This document shows positions 1-7,467 of a stretch of 39,612 nucleotides of DNA, in pieces (position 1 is the first letter of the stretch; each line of letters opens with the position of its first letter). The notes beneath the pieces were generated by a model that did no database searches, was not told the DNA's origin, and saw only the letters and a program-made list of their open reading frames with translations. Both the position numbers and the translations under genes were made by a program. Source of the stretch: Clostridiales bacterium (GTDB taxonomy: Bacteria > Bacillota > Clostridia > Christensenellales > CAG-138); contig JAISXK010000130.1 of NCBI GenBank assembly GCA_031270585.1, positions 1-39,612 of the forward strand, written 5' to 3'.

Positions 1-1079
1 ATTGCCGCCGCAGCTATCGTCTCCCAGTCGGACACGCGCAGCAGATTGCCCTCATTGTACGCGGAAAAACCAAGTTTTCCTTCAAACCATTCCGTATAGA
101 ATGCCAGCAGCGAATCGTAGCCCGCCGTGCCGTATTTGATTTGGTCATACGCACTGTGCCCCGCGCTCGGGAAGCCGGCTATTTCAAACACAAGGTGCTG
201 TCCGCTTGGTTCCACGAGTATACGGTAGTATTCACTGACCGCGCCATTCGGGTACATATACAGGCGCACCGTTTTCCCATTCGAACCGCTCGTTTCTATT
301 ACAAAGCGCAAGGGTCCGGGCGCGTCGCCTGCAGCTCCGCTGTGGTTCAGTCCAACGGCGTTTTCATGAATCAACCAAGTGGCAGGGTTCGTCGGGATCA
401 CCGCGCCGCTACTCTTTAGATGGTACACAAGAAAATCTTCACTAAGCACAATACTCCCGCTCGGGACTGCCCCAAAAGGATTCATCGCCGAAAGGTAGCC
501 GGCGCCAGCGGCGGCCCAGGCCGGATTCCGACGAAGTTGGAAAGTGAGTTTCGCGTCCTCCCCACCTACTTTTCCGAATACCAGCCAGCGCATGGTCACG
601 TCCGCGTTGGCGTTTACTGGTATTGACCCAAGACCCAGCGGGGCTGGAGCTGAGATCGTATGGACAAGTAGATTGGTGCTCAAGGTGTACCACCACTCGT
701 TCCAGAGTACAGGCGTCGTGTTCTGCGTCGTGCTCAGGTTGTTTGTAAGAACCGCGTTTACAGTCGTTCCAGCGGCAGGTACTGTCATAAACGCGTTTTC
801 ACTAACGTTCAGCGATACGTTTTCCGGCCTGAACCGCAATTGCGTATACCCGTCACCGAACACGTCCTCCCCTTTCGGGATCACCAGTTTACCTATCGCG
901 GCGATGATTTCATTCTTCGCATACCCGCGATCCGTCGCCGGTAATTGCAACGCGTTACCCAGTAGGTCAAGCCCCGAGTGTTCTACGAGATATATTTCTA
1001 TCTCATACGGGCTCTGTGTCTCATCAGGCGGCGTGTTCGGCGTATACGCCAGCGCCGGCGCCGCAAGGCCAAGCGCCAC
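1..1079 (-). CDS. hypothetical exported protein (3' end runs off the window; ~359 codons visible)
   Basis: I checked the minus-strand frame codon by codon for positions 3-242 and 240-1079 and found no stop. It is absent from the ORF track because it has no in-window stop and no ATG. The N-terminus reads ..AISGRLFVALGLAAPALA/YTPNTPPDE, which looks like a signal peptide. The only canonical in-frame start after the upstream TGA (1124-1122) is GTG at 1079, so the start is uncertain. It lies 23 nt downstream of the ABC-2 permease. No family recognised. Confidence 0.55.
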   Translation of the reverse strand, partial: MALGLAAPALAYTPNTPPDETQSPYEIEIYLVEHSGLDLLGNALQLPATDRGYAKNEIIAAIGKLVIPKGEDVFGDGYTQLRFRPENVSLNVSENAFMTVPAAGTTVNAVLTNNLSTTQNTTPVLWNEWWYTLSTNLLVHTISAPAPLGLGSIPVNANADVTMRWLVFGKVGGEDAKLTFQLRRNPAWAAAGAGYLSAMNPFGAVPSGSIVLSEDFLVYHLKSSGAVIPTNPATWLIHENAVGLNHSGAAGDAPGPLRFVIETSGSNGKTVRLYMYPNGAVSEYYRILVEPSGQHLVFEIAGFPSAGHSAYDQIKYGTAGYDSLLAFYTEWFEGKLGFSAYNEGNLLRVSDWETIAAAA

Positions 1080-1102
1080 AAAAAGCCGCCCGCTTATTGC
1101 GC

Positions 1103-1897
1103 CTACCGCTTCAGCAGCGTTTCATAGCTGATTTTTTGCGGCACGCCGCGCATGCATATCCCCGCAAGCAGCGCGAACGCCGCGCCCACGCCCAGCAGCA
1201 GCCACGCGCTCGCAAAAACCATGCCGCTAAACTGGGTAATGATAAACGCCATCACGGGCAATATCAAAAAGATTGTCCGCTGTTGCGATTCATCCGCCGT
1301 TTGCGCCTTGGCCGATCCGCGCACAATCAGCGTGATAACAAAAAGCGATATGGCGGGCGCCACAAAAAGCAGCGTAACCAGCCAGTTGATACCCGGGAAA
1401 ACGGGGCTGCCCAGCGTAAGAAGCAGTTCTGCTTCCGCCACCAGCAGCATCGCCGCGAAGGAACACAGCGAAACCAGCATGCTAAGCGTAAAGGACGCCA
1501 ATATTTTTGATTGAAATACCCCGCGCAAAGGCAGCGGGCAGTATAAGAGCGTTTCCAGCGTGTGCTTTTCCTTCTCGCCCACAAACGAGCTTGCCGCCGA
1601 AACGCTTGCCACCATAACGGGTATCAGCAGGAAAAAAGCCGGCATGATGTTGTTAATCAATAGCCAAAGCATCACTTGCTGCGTGCCGTCCGTTTGCTCG
1701 CCGGGGGGCAGAAAAGCCGCGAGTTTTTCCATTTCCATCATTTCCTGCGGAGAAAAATGCGCCAGCAATATAAACACGCTTGGCACTACGACCGCCACCA
1801 CAATCGGCACCGCTAAAAGCGGTATCAACTGCCGCTTGTTGGTTATAAGGGCGCGCAGGTCTTTCTTTATGATAGCCCGCCGCATACTATGGATCAT
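1103..1897 (-). CDS. ABC-2 type transporter permease (NatB-like)
   Basis: 264-aa polytopic hydrophobic ORF. The motif SFVGEKEKHTLETLL resembles the EKE(R/K)GTLE.LL motif of NatB-like ABC-2 permeases. Its start overlaps the upstream ATPase stop in ATGA (1894-1897). Confidence 0.8.
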   Translation of the reverse strand: MIHSMRRAIIKKDLRALITNKRQLIPLLAVPIVVAVVVPSVFILLAHFSPQEMMEMEKLAAFLPPGEQTDGTQQVMLWLLINNIMPAFFLLIPVMVASVSAASSFVGEKEKHTLETLLYCPLPLRGVFQSKILASFTLSMLVSLCSFAAMLLVAEAELLLTLGSPVFPGINWLVTLLFVAPAISLFVITLIVRGSAKAQTADESQQRTIFLILPVMAFIITQFSGMVFASAWLLLGVGAAFALLAGICMRGVPQKISYETLLKR

Positions 1898-2820
1898 GAC
1901 GCCGCCTCCTTTACGCCGCGCTTTTCCAGCAGGGCGAAATAAATTTCCTCAAGCGTAAGCTGGCGCGCCGATACGCCATATATCTTGCCGCCGCGCTCCA
2001 CAATCTTTTTTACCAGGGGCGGTATGTCGTCCTCCGTTTGCAGCGTGAGCGAAAACTCATGCCCATTAAGAGCGGTGTATGGGATGTCGTCCGGCGGCAG
2101 GCTGGCGGTAAGGCGCACAGTCAGGCCGGAAAAAACCAACGTGCGCAGCTCCGCAAGCGTGCCTGCGGCAAGCAGCGCCCCTTCGTCAATCAGCCCATAG
2201 GCGGTGCAAAGCTCCTGCGCGTAACGCAATTGGTGCGTGCATAAAAATATGGTGGTGCCTTCTTCGTGAGCCAGGCGCTTGATCATATCGTTTACGTTTT
2301 GCGCGTTCTCAGGGTCAAGTCCCGACGTGGGTTCATCCAGAAACAATATTTTAGGCCGGTGAATCATCGCGCGTGCCAGCGAGAGCCGCTGGCGCATGCC
2401 GGTGGAATACGTTGAAAGCTTTTGATCTTTGGCGCACATAAGCTCCAGCGCGGCAAATAGCCGGTCGGCGCGCGCGCGGCATTCCCGCGCGTTTACGCCA
2501 AATACGGCGCCAAAGAACAGCAGGTTTTCCATCCCCGTCATATGCTCGTACATCTGCGCGTGCTCCGTCACCACGCCGGATAGCTTATGTACGCCGCAAG
2601 GGTCTGCGGCGGGGTCTGTCCCAAACACGCGGCAACAGCCCGCCGTAGGCGTAAGCATGCCGTTCAGCAGCTTTACGGCGGTGGTCTTCCCTGCGCCGTT
2701 GGGCCCCAGGAACCCGAATATCTCGCCCTGTCCCAACGCGAAGCTCACGGCGTCCACGGCCTTTTTTCCCTGCGGGAATATTTTTGTAAGGTTTTCAGCC
2801 ACAACCGCTTGCATATGCAA
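1894..2820 (-). CDS. ABC transporter ATP-binding protein
   Basis: Walker A GPNGAGKTT, ABC signature YSTGMRQRLSLA and Walker B ILFLDEPTSGLD are all present. 308 aa. Confidence 0.93.
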   Translation of the reverse strand: MHMQAVVAENLTKIFPQGKKAVDAVSFALGQGEIFGFLGPNGAGKTTAVKLLNGMLTPTAGCCRVFGTDPAADPCGVHKLSGVVTEHAQMYEHMTGMENLLFFGAVFGVNARECRARADRLFAALELMCAKDQKLSTYSTGMRQRLSLARAMIHRPKILFLDEPTSGLDPENAQNVNDMIKRLAHEEGTTIFLCTHQLRYAQELCTAYGLIDEGALLAAGTLAELRTLVFSGLTVRLTASLPPDDIPYTALNGHEFSLTLQTEDDIPPLVKKIVERGGKIYGVSARQLTLEEIYFALLEKRGVKEAAS

Positions 2821-2877
2821 TCCCTTTCTGCCGTTATTGGCGCGTCACTCTTAAAATTCGCTTTGTCAAAAAAGGGA

Positions 2878-3927
2878 TCACATGTTTTTCCTGGGTGATA
2901 GCGTCGCAATATACGCACGCATAGCGGCAAGCGCTTTGTCTATCCTTTCACGGGTAACGTCGTTGTGCGTAACAAAGCGGTATGCATCCGTCAGTATGCC
3001 GGATACCTTGATGCCTTTGTGAAACATAAAATCCACAAAGCCGTCGGATGTAAACGCGGGGTTTTCCGTCCTCCAAAAGACCATATTGATCTTAACCCTG
3101 TTCATATCCGCGCTGACGCCGGGCAGTTTGTTAAGCTCTTCGCCGAGATATTTCGCGTTGGCGTGATCCTCATGCAGGCGTTTTGTCATAACCTCCAGCG
3201 CCACGATGCCGGGCGCCGCCAGCACGCCCGCCTGACGCAGGCCGCCGCCCACCATTTTGCGCATAAAGCGCACCCTTTCTATAAAGGCTTTCGAACCGCA
3301 TACCACCGCCCCCACCGGCGCGCACAATCCCTTGGAAAGGCAAAATGTAACGGAATCGCATTTGCTTGCGATATCTTTGGCCGCGCAGCCCAGAGCCAGC
3401 GCCGCGTTGAATATACGCGCGCCGTCCATATGCACGGGCACGCCCAGCGCGTGGGCGGCGTCGCACGCCTCGTTCAGCGCAGTCAGCGGCGCCACATCGC
3501 CGTTGCAAAGAGCGTTTTCCAGGCAGACCAGCCCCGTGCGGGGAAAATGCATATCCTTTGGGCGGTACAGCCGTTTGATATCATCCGCGTAAAGGAAGGT
3601 GTCGGGGTTTTGTACCAACGCGTAGCTCACGCCGCTCAGGCGGGCGGCCGCGCCGCTTTCATAATGCGCAATGTGGCTGTCCTTCCCAACTATAATCTCG
3701 TCGCCATAGCGCGTGTGGGCCATGATGCATGTCTGGTTTCCCATCAGCCCCGATGTTACAAAAATCGCCGCTTCTTTGCCCAGCATGTCGGCGGCCAGCG
3801 CCTCCAGCCGGTTTACGGTTGGGTCGTCAGAATACACGTCGTCGCCCACCTCGGCCTCAAACATGGCGCGGCGCATCTCCTGGGTGGGCTGGGTAACGGT
3901 ATCGCTTCTCAAATCAATATATTTCAT
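2878..3927 (-). CDS. ltaE: low-specificity L-threonine aldolase (PLP-dependent, beta-eliminating lyase family)
   Basis: The N-terminus MKYIDLRSDTVTQPTQEMRRAMFEAEVGDDVYSDDPTVNRLEA is the characteristic threonine aldolase opening. 349 aa is the typical size. Confidence 0.88.
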   Translation of the reverse strand: MKYIDLRSDTVTQPTQEMRRAMFEAEVGDDVYSDDPTVNRLEALAADMLGKEAAIFVTSGLMGNQTCIMAHTRYGDEIIVGKDSHIAHYESGAAARLSGVSYALVQNPDTFLYADDIKRLYRPKDMHFPRTGLVCLENALCNGDVAPLTALNEACDAAHALGVPVHMDGARIFNAALALGCAAKDIASKCDSVTFCLSKGLCAPVGAVVCGSKAFIERVRFMRKMVGGGLRQAGVLAAPGIVALEVMTKRLHEDHANAKYLGEELNKLPGVSADMNRVKINMVFWRTENPAFTSDGFVDFMFHKGIKVSGILTDAYRFVTHNDVTRERIDKALAAMRAYIATLSPRKNM

Positions 3928-3933
3928 GGTGGT

Positions 3934-3942
3934 ATTATACCA
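3934..3942 (-). promoter_or_regulatory. extended -10 element TGGTATAAT, 6 nt upstream of the ltaE ATG (possible leaderless mRNA)
   Basis: The minus strand reads tgTGGTATAATaccaccATG. No Shine-Dalgarno sequence lies between the -10 and the ATG. Confidence 0.35.
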
Positions 3943-4145
3943 TACAACAAAGCAAAAAAATTCCCGAAATAAACAAAAAACGAAATTTCATGGAGAAGCA
4001 TAGCAAATACGTTCGCCCAATCGTGTTACCTGCGGCGCGGCGGGGTTCTCCCGGTATGTTTCCCAAACCGCCCGGCAAGGTTTGCGTAAAGCCGGCTGTG
4101 CCGCCGGTAAAACGCAAAAATGGAGATCGGACGGGCGGCAAACGA

Positions 4146-4613
4146 TTATGGTTTTACCCTTACGATGGCCTCCACCTCGCAAACGCCGCCCAGCGGCAAC
4201 GCGCTTACGCCTAAGGCGCTGCGGCTGTGCGCGCCCGCGCCGCCAAACACCTCGCGCATCAGCTCGGATGCGCCGTTGATAACCTTGGGGTGGTCGTAAA
4301 AATCCGGCGTGCTGTTTACAAAGCCCGTCACCTTCACCACCTGTTCTACCCGGTCAAGGTCGCCCACCATGCTTTTGATGGCGGCAATGCAGTTGATGGC
4401 GCAGATCTTCGCGGCTTCATAGCCTTCCGCAACGGTTGTGTTTTCCCCCAGCCTCCCCTTTTTCAATACGCCGTTTTGTATGGGCAATTGGCCGGATGTA
4501 AAGATGAGCGCGCCGGCGCGTACTGCGGGCACATACGCGGCCACCGGTTCGGGAACATCGGGCAGGTCGATACCGAGCTTTCTTAATTTGTCTTCAACTT
4601 TTGACACGTACAT
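4146..4613 (-). CDS. RidA/YjgF family protein (reactive intermediate deaminase-like)
   Basis: 155 aa. Contains IFTSGQLP and the C-terminal SRSALGVSALPLGGVCEVEAIV pattern typical of the YjgF/YER057c/UK114 family. Confidence 0.82.
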   Translation of the reverse strand: MYVSKVEDKLRKLGIDLPDVPEPVAAYVPAVRAGALIFTSGQLPIQNGVLKKGRLGENTTVAEGYEAAKICAINCIAAIKSMVGDLDRVEQVVKVTGFVNSTPDFYDHPKVINGASELMREVFGGAGAHSRSALGVSALPLGGVCEVEAIVRVKP

Positions 4614-4651
4614 GCCCTCCTTATAGTGGCGTGCTATACTTTCGTATGCTT

Positions 4652-5713
4652 TCAGGCGTCATTACGGAGAATAGGCCGCGAAATATTGATGGTGTGTTCA
4701 ATCTTGCTTCCGGGCTTATACTGCAATAGACGCCCGTTCTTTTCCAGACGGGATTCTATTTGGAATGTGTTGCCCGTGTCGGGGTTTTTCCAGGCGTATA
4801 CCTTTTGCGGGCTTTTATAGATAAATGCGCTGCCGGATTTGATGGATGTAAAGAATTGCACGCCCACGCCGGCCATGCCGCGCCGCGCGCCGTGCACCTT
4901 GAGCTTGCGCATCAGCCGGTAATAGTATTCCCCGTCAGACCACCCGCAGTCGAGCACCAAATGCGCGTCGCAGGGGAAATCCGGGTACATCTTTTGCAGT
5001 TCCCGGGAAATGCCCAGCACGTTGGCTGTGCCAAGATACATTTGCACATGGCTGCCATGTCCGCTGTGATAGGTTTGGTTTTTGGAGTTATAGGCGATAT
5101 CCCCGATCATGGCGTGCTCCAGCGAGGGCAGCACCATATGCGGGCGAACACCGGAAAGCGTGCGCGTTACACCCGTGGTGCCGGAAAAAAACAACGCGTT
5201 GGATACGTCCGGCACAACGATACCGGCCTGCAAATAAATCCAGGAGAGGTATTTGGCGCAGTCCAGCCCCCCCACGGGATATTGGCCCACGCCGGTGCGG
5301 CGCCACCAGTTTTCGTTAAAGCCCTTGTAATCGCCCTTGCCGCCAAATTCAAAGGGCACGCCCGACACCGTAACGCCGTTGATCTCCGCCGCATAGGAGT
5401 GGATATCCGTCCCGTACGTGCGCTCGTAGGCGATCACAAACGGATGGTCGTAGGGCAGCAGCCGAAAGCCAATTTCCACCAGCTGGCGCTCAAACTTTGT
5501 GATGGGCTTCGTGCGCTTTTCCGCCGCGCCGGTCGTTTTTTCCGCGCGCTTTTCCTCTTCTTCTTTTTGCTCTTCTTCCGGCTCCTCGTTGCCCGGCGCG
5601 TTCTCCTGCATAAGCGCCATAAGGGGCGGGGAAGCCTGATAAGCCGCAAGTGATATCGGGTTTGTAAACAACATAGCCGCCGCCAGCGACGCCGCCAGAA
5701 TTGTTTTTCGCAT
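4652..5713 (-). CDS. secreted NlpC/P60-like (C40 peptidase-like) protein with acidic low-complexity linker
   Basis: Signal peptide MRKTILAASLAAAMLFTNPISLAA, followed by an E/K-rich linker (EEPEEEQKEEEEKRAEK). A candidate catalytic Cys sits in GGLDCAKYLSWIY and a His in GSHVQMYLG, resembling the NlpC/P60 motifs (G.DCSG.. / GHVGIY.G). The family call is made by eye only. Confidence 0.5.
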   Translation of the reverse strand: MRKTILAASLAAAMLFTNPISLAAYQASPPLMALMQENAPGNEEPEEEQKEEEEKRAEKTTGAAEKRTKPITKFERQLVEIGFRLLPYDHPFVIAYERTYGTDIHSYAAEINGVTVSGVPFEFGGKGDYKGFNENWWRRTGVGQYPVGGLDCAKYLSWIYLQAGIVVPDVSNALFFSGTTGVTRTLSGVRPHMVLPSLEHAMIGDIAYNSKNQTYHSGHGSHVQMYLGTANVLGISRELQKMYPDFPCDAHLVLDCGWSDGEYYYRLMRKLKVHGARRGMAGVGVQFFTSIKSGSAFIYKSPQKVYAWKNPDTGNTFQIESRLEKNGRLLQYKPGSKIEHTINISRPILRNDA

Positions 5714-5749
5714 TGGTTTCCCTCAAAATAACCGATTTGTGTTGTAAGC

Positions 5750-6643
5750 CTACCGCCTTACGCGAATAAACAGATCGATACCGTCGGTGGTGTCGGTCTG
5801 TTCAATTTCCACCGTCATGCCGGCCTCTTCCAACTGCTTGGTGGCGGAGGTGACGGTGTTTACAAACATGCGGTAATCGCGCAGATACCGCAGTATCCGG
5901 GGGCGGGGCGCCGCCCCGTCGCGTTTTTCGTCGTATTGGCGATTGAGCGTTTTTTCAACCATACGCTCAGTTTCTTTTACGGAAAGGCCCTTTGCGCGCA
6001 CCTTGTCGATCACGGAAAGCTGCGTGGCCTCATCCTTTAATCTTAAAAGGGCGCGGGCATGCCGCTCCGTCATACGCGCCGCAGTCATGGCCTCTTTGAT
6101 TGTGGGGGTCAGGCGCAATAAGCGAAGCTTGTTGGCGATTGCGGATTGGCTTTTGCCCAGGCGGATGGCAAGCTCTTCCTGCGTGAGGCCGTAAGCGCTG
6201 ATGAGCTGCGCGTAGCACGCGGCCTCTTCTAAATAATGCAGGTTTTCGCGTTGCAGGTTTTCTATAAGCGCCACCATAGCGCCTTCCTGTTCCACCATGC
6301 CGTCTTCCACAATACAGCTGCATTCCAGCATGCCCAGGAGCTTGCAGGCGCGCAAACGGCGTTCGCCCGCAACAAGTACGTAACCGGCGCCGGTTTGGCG
6401 CACAACAACAGGCTGTATGAGGCCCACCTGCTTGATGGATTGCGCCAATTCTTCTATGCCGGTTTCGTCGAAGGTTTTGCGCGGCTGGTTAGGGTTGGGA
6501 AGGATATCACAAACAGGCAGCTTTAAAAGGCGCTTGCCCTGTAGCGCTGCGGGCGCGATAGCGGTATCCATCGCGTCGGGCTGCTCGTCCACAGGCAAAA
6601 CGTAATCGTGTCGTTTGCCCTTCGAAAAATCAAATACAGCCAT
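5750..6643 (-). CDS. noc: ParB/Noc family DNA-binding protein (nucleoid-occlusion-protein-like)
   Basis: ParB N-terminal box LPNPNQPRK....IEELAQSIKQVGLIQPVVVR....Y.LVAGERRLRA, plus an HTH (QEELAIRLGKSQSAIANKLRLL). It sits immediately downstream of rsmG, the conserved noc position in Firmicutes. I moved the start to ATG 6643 (MAVFDFSKGK), which is preceded by GGAGG; the track ORF begins at 6709. Confidence 0.8.
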   Translation of the reverse strand: MAVFDFSKGKRHDYVLPVDEQPDAMDTAIAPAALQGKRLLKLPVCDILPNPNQPRKTFDETGIEELAQSIKQVGLIQPVVVRQTGAGYVLVAGERRLRACKLLGMLECSCIVEDGMVEQEGAMVALIENLQRENLHYLEEAACYAQLISAYGLTQEELAIRLGKSQSAIANKLRLLRLTPTIKEAMTAARMTERHARALLRLKDEATQLSVIDKVRAKGLSVKETERMVEKTLNRQYDEKRDGAAPRPRILRYLRDYRMFVNTVTSATKQLEEAGMTVEIEQTDTTDGIDLFIRVRR

Positions 6644-6774
6644 CGCTGTTCCTCCAATTATAGCATTATAGTTCGCTCTTTTCGGCCCAATTCCTTGTGG
6701 GTGGAGCAAATATAGTGGGGAAACGGCAAAAACAGAGCGTGTTCGGCAGAGCGGCGGGTTTAACGCAGTTAAAG

Positions 6775-7467
6775 CTACAGCGGCTTTCTGGCGGGGTCGC
6801 CCGCCTTGCGTGGGTAAACAGAAGGCGTTGGCGCAAGCTTTTCTACAAGCGCCAGCGTGCGCGCGCCATAGCTTACCGTTAGCGGCACAAGCTTTATGCG
6901 GCAGTGCAGTATGTTTGCGGCAAAGCCCGCCTCGTTACTTTCATCCCGCGCGTGTTTGCCGCGGTAGGCGATAAATACGCCGCCGGGCTTGACAAAAGGC
7001 GTGCATATCTCCAGCAGCACGCGCAAAGGGGCCACCGCCCGCGCCAGCGCGATATCGTATTGTTCGCGGTGCGTAACGTCATGGGATAGCGTTTCCGCGC
7101 GGGCGCACACGCAGCTTGCCTCTAAGCCCAGCTTGGCCGTGGTATCGGTTAAAAAGCCTACCCGCTTTTGCGTGCTGTCCATCAGCGTCATGCCGATAGC
7201 GGGCCGCATGATCAAAAGCGGTATGCCGGGAAACCCCGCGCCGGTGCCCACATCAATACAGCGCGCGCCCTGCGGGATATACGGCGATGCCGTCAGGCTA
7301 TCCACAAAGTGCTTTAGCACAATCTCCTCAGGGTCGGTGATGGCGGTCAAATTCATATGCGTATTAGCCGTTAGCAGCATTTGGCTGTAGGCTGTAAGCC
7401 GCCGCGCGGCGTCCGCGTCCGCCTGCGGAATGTATCTTTCTATCAGCGTGGACATGGTTGCGCTCAT
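6775..7467 (-). CDS. rsmG: 16S rRNA (guanine527-N7)-methyltransferase RsmG (GidB)
   Basis: Contains NLTAITDPEEIVLKHFVDSL and the SAM motif DVGTGAGFPGIPL. The start is set at ATG 7467, which overlaps the mnmG stop in ATGA (7464-7467). The 332-aa track ORF carries an Arg/Ala-rich extension that lies inside mnmG. Confidence 0.9.
   Translation of the reverse strand: MSATMSTLIERYIPQADADAARRLTAYSQMLLTANTHMNLTAITDPEEIVLKHFVDSLTASPYIPQGARCIDVGTGAGFPGIPLLIMRPAIGMTLMDSTQKRVGFLTDTTAKLGLEASCVCARAETLSHDVTHREQYDIALARAVAPLRVLLEICTPFVKPGGVFIAYRGKHARDESNEAGFAANILHCRIKLVPLTVSYGARTLALVEKLAPTPSVYPRKAGDPARKPL

Noticed and set aside
2965-3972. Long antisense ORFs opposite well-supported genes. Examples: 2965..3972(+) opposite ltaE, 4760..5653(+) opposite the P60-like gene, 12749..13396(-) opposite the adaptor, 13593..14183(-) opposite the ABC ATPase, 24966..25658(-) opposite CoADR, 33424..34353(-) opposite fprA and 28120..29607(+) opposite cotH.
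   Set aside because: Their translations are Arg/Ala/Gly/His-rich with no recognisable motifs. This is typical of stop-poor antisense frames in GC-rich DNA. In every case the opposite strand carries a protein with clear family signatures.
3943-4145. The 218-bp ridA-ltaE spacer, inspected for a glycine, T-box or other riboswitch.
   Set aside because: I found no conserved riboswitch core motifs, only weak GC hairpins (e.g. CCGGC-ggcaca-GCCGG) without a U-tract.
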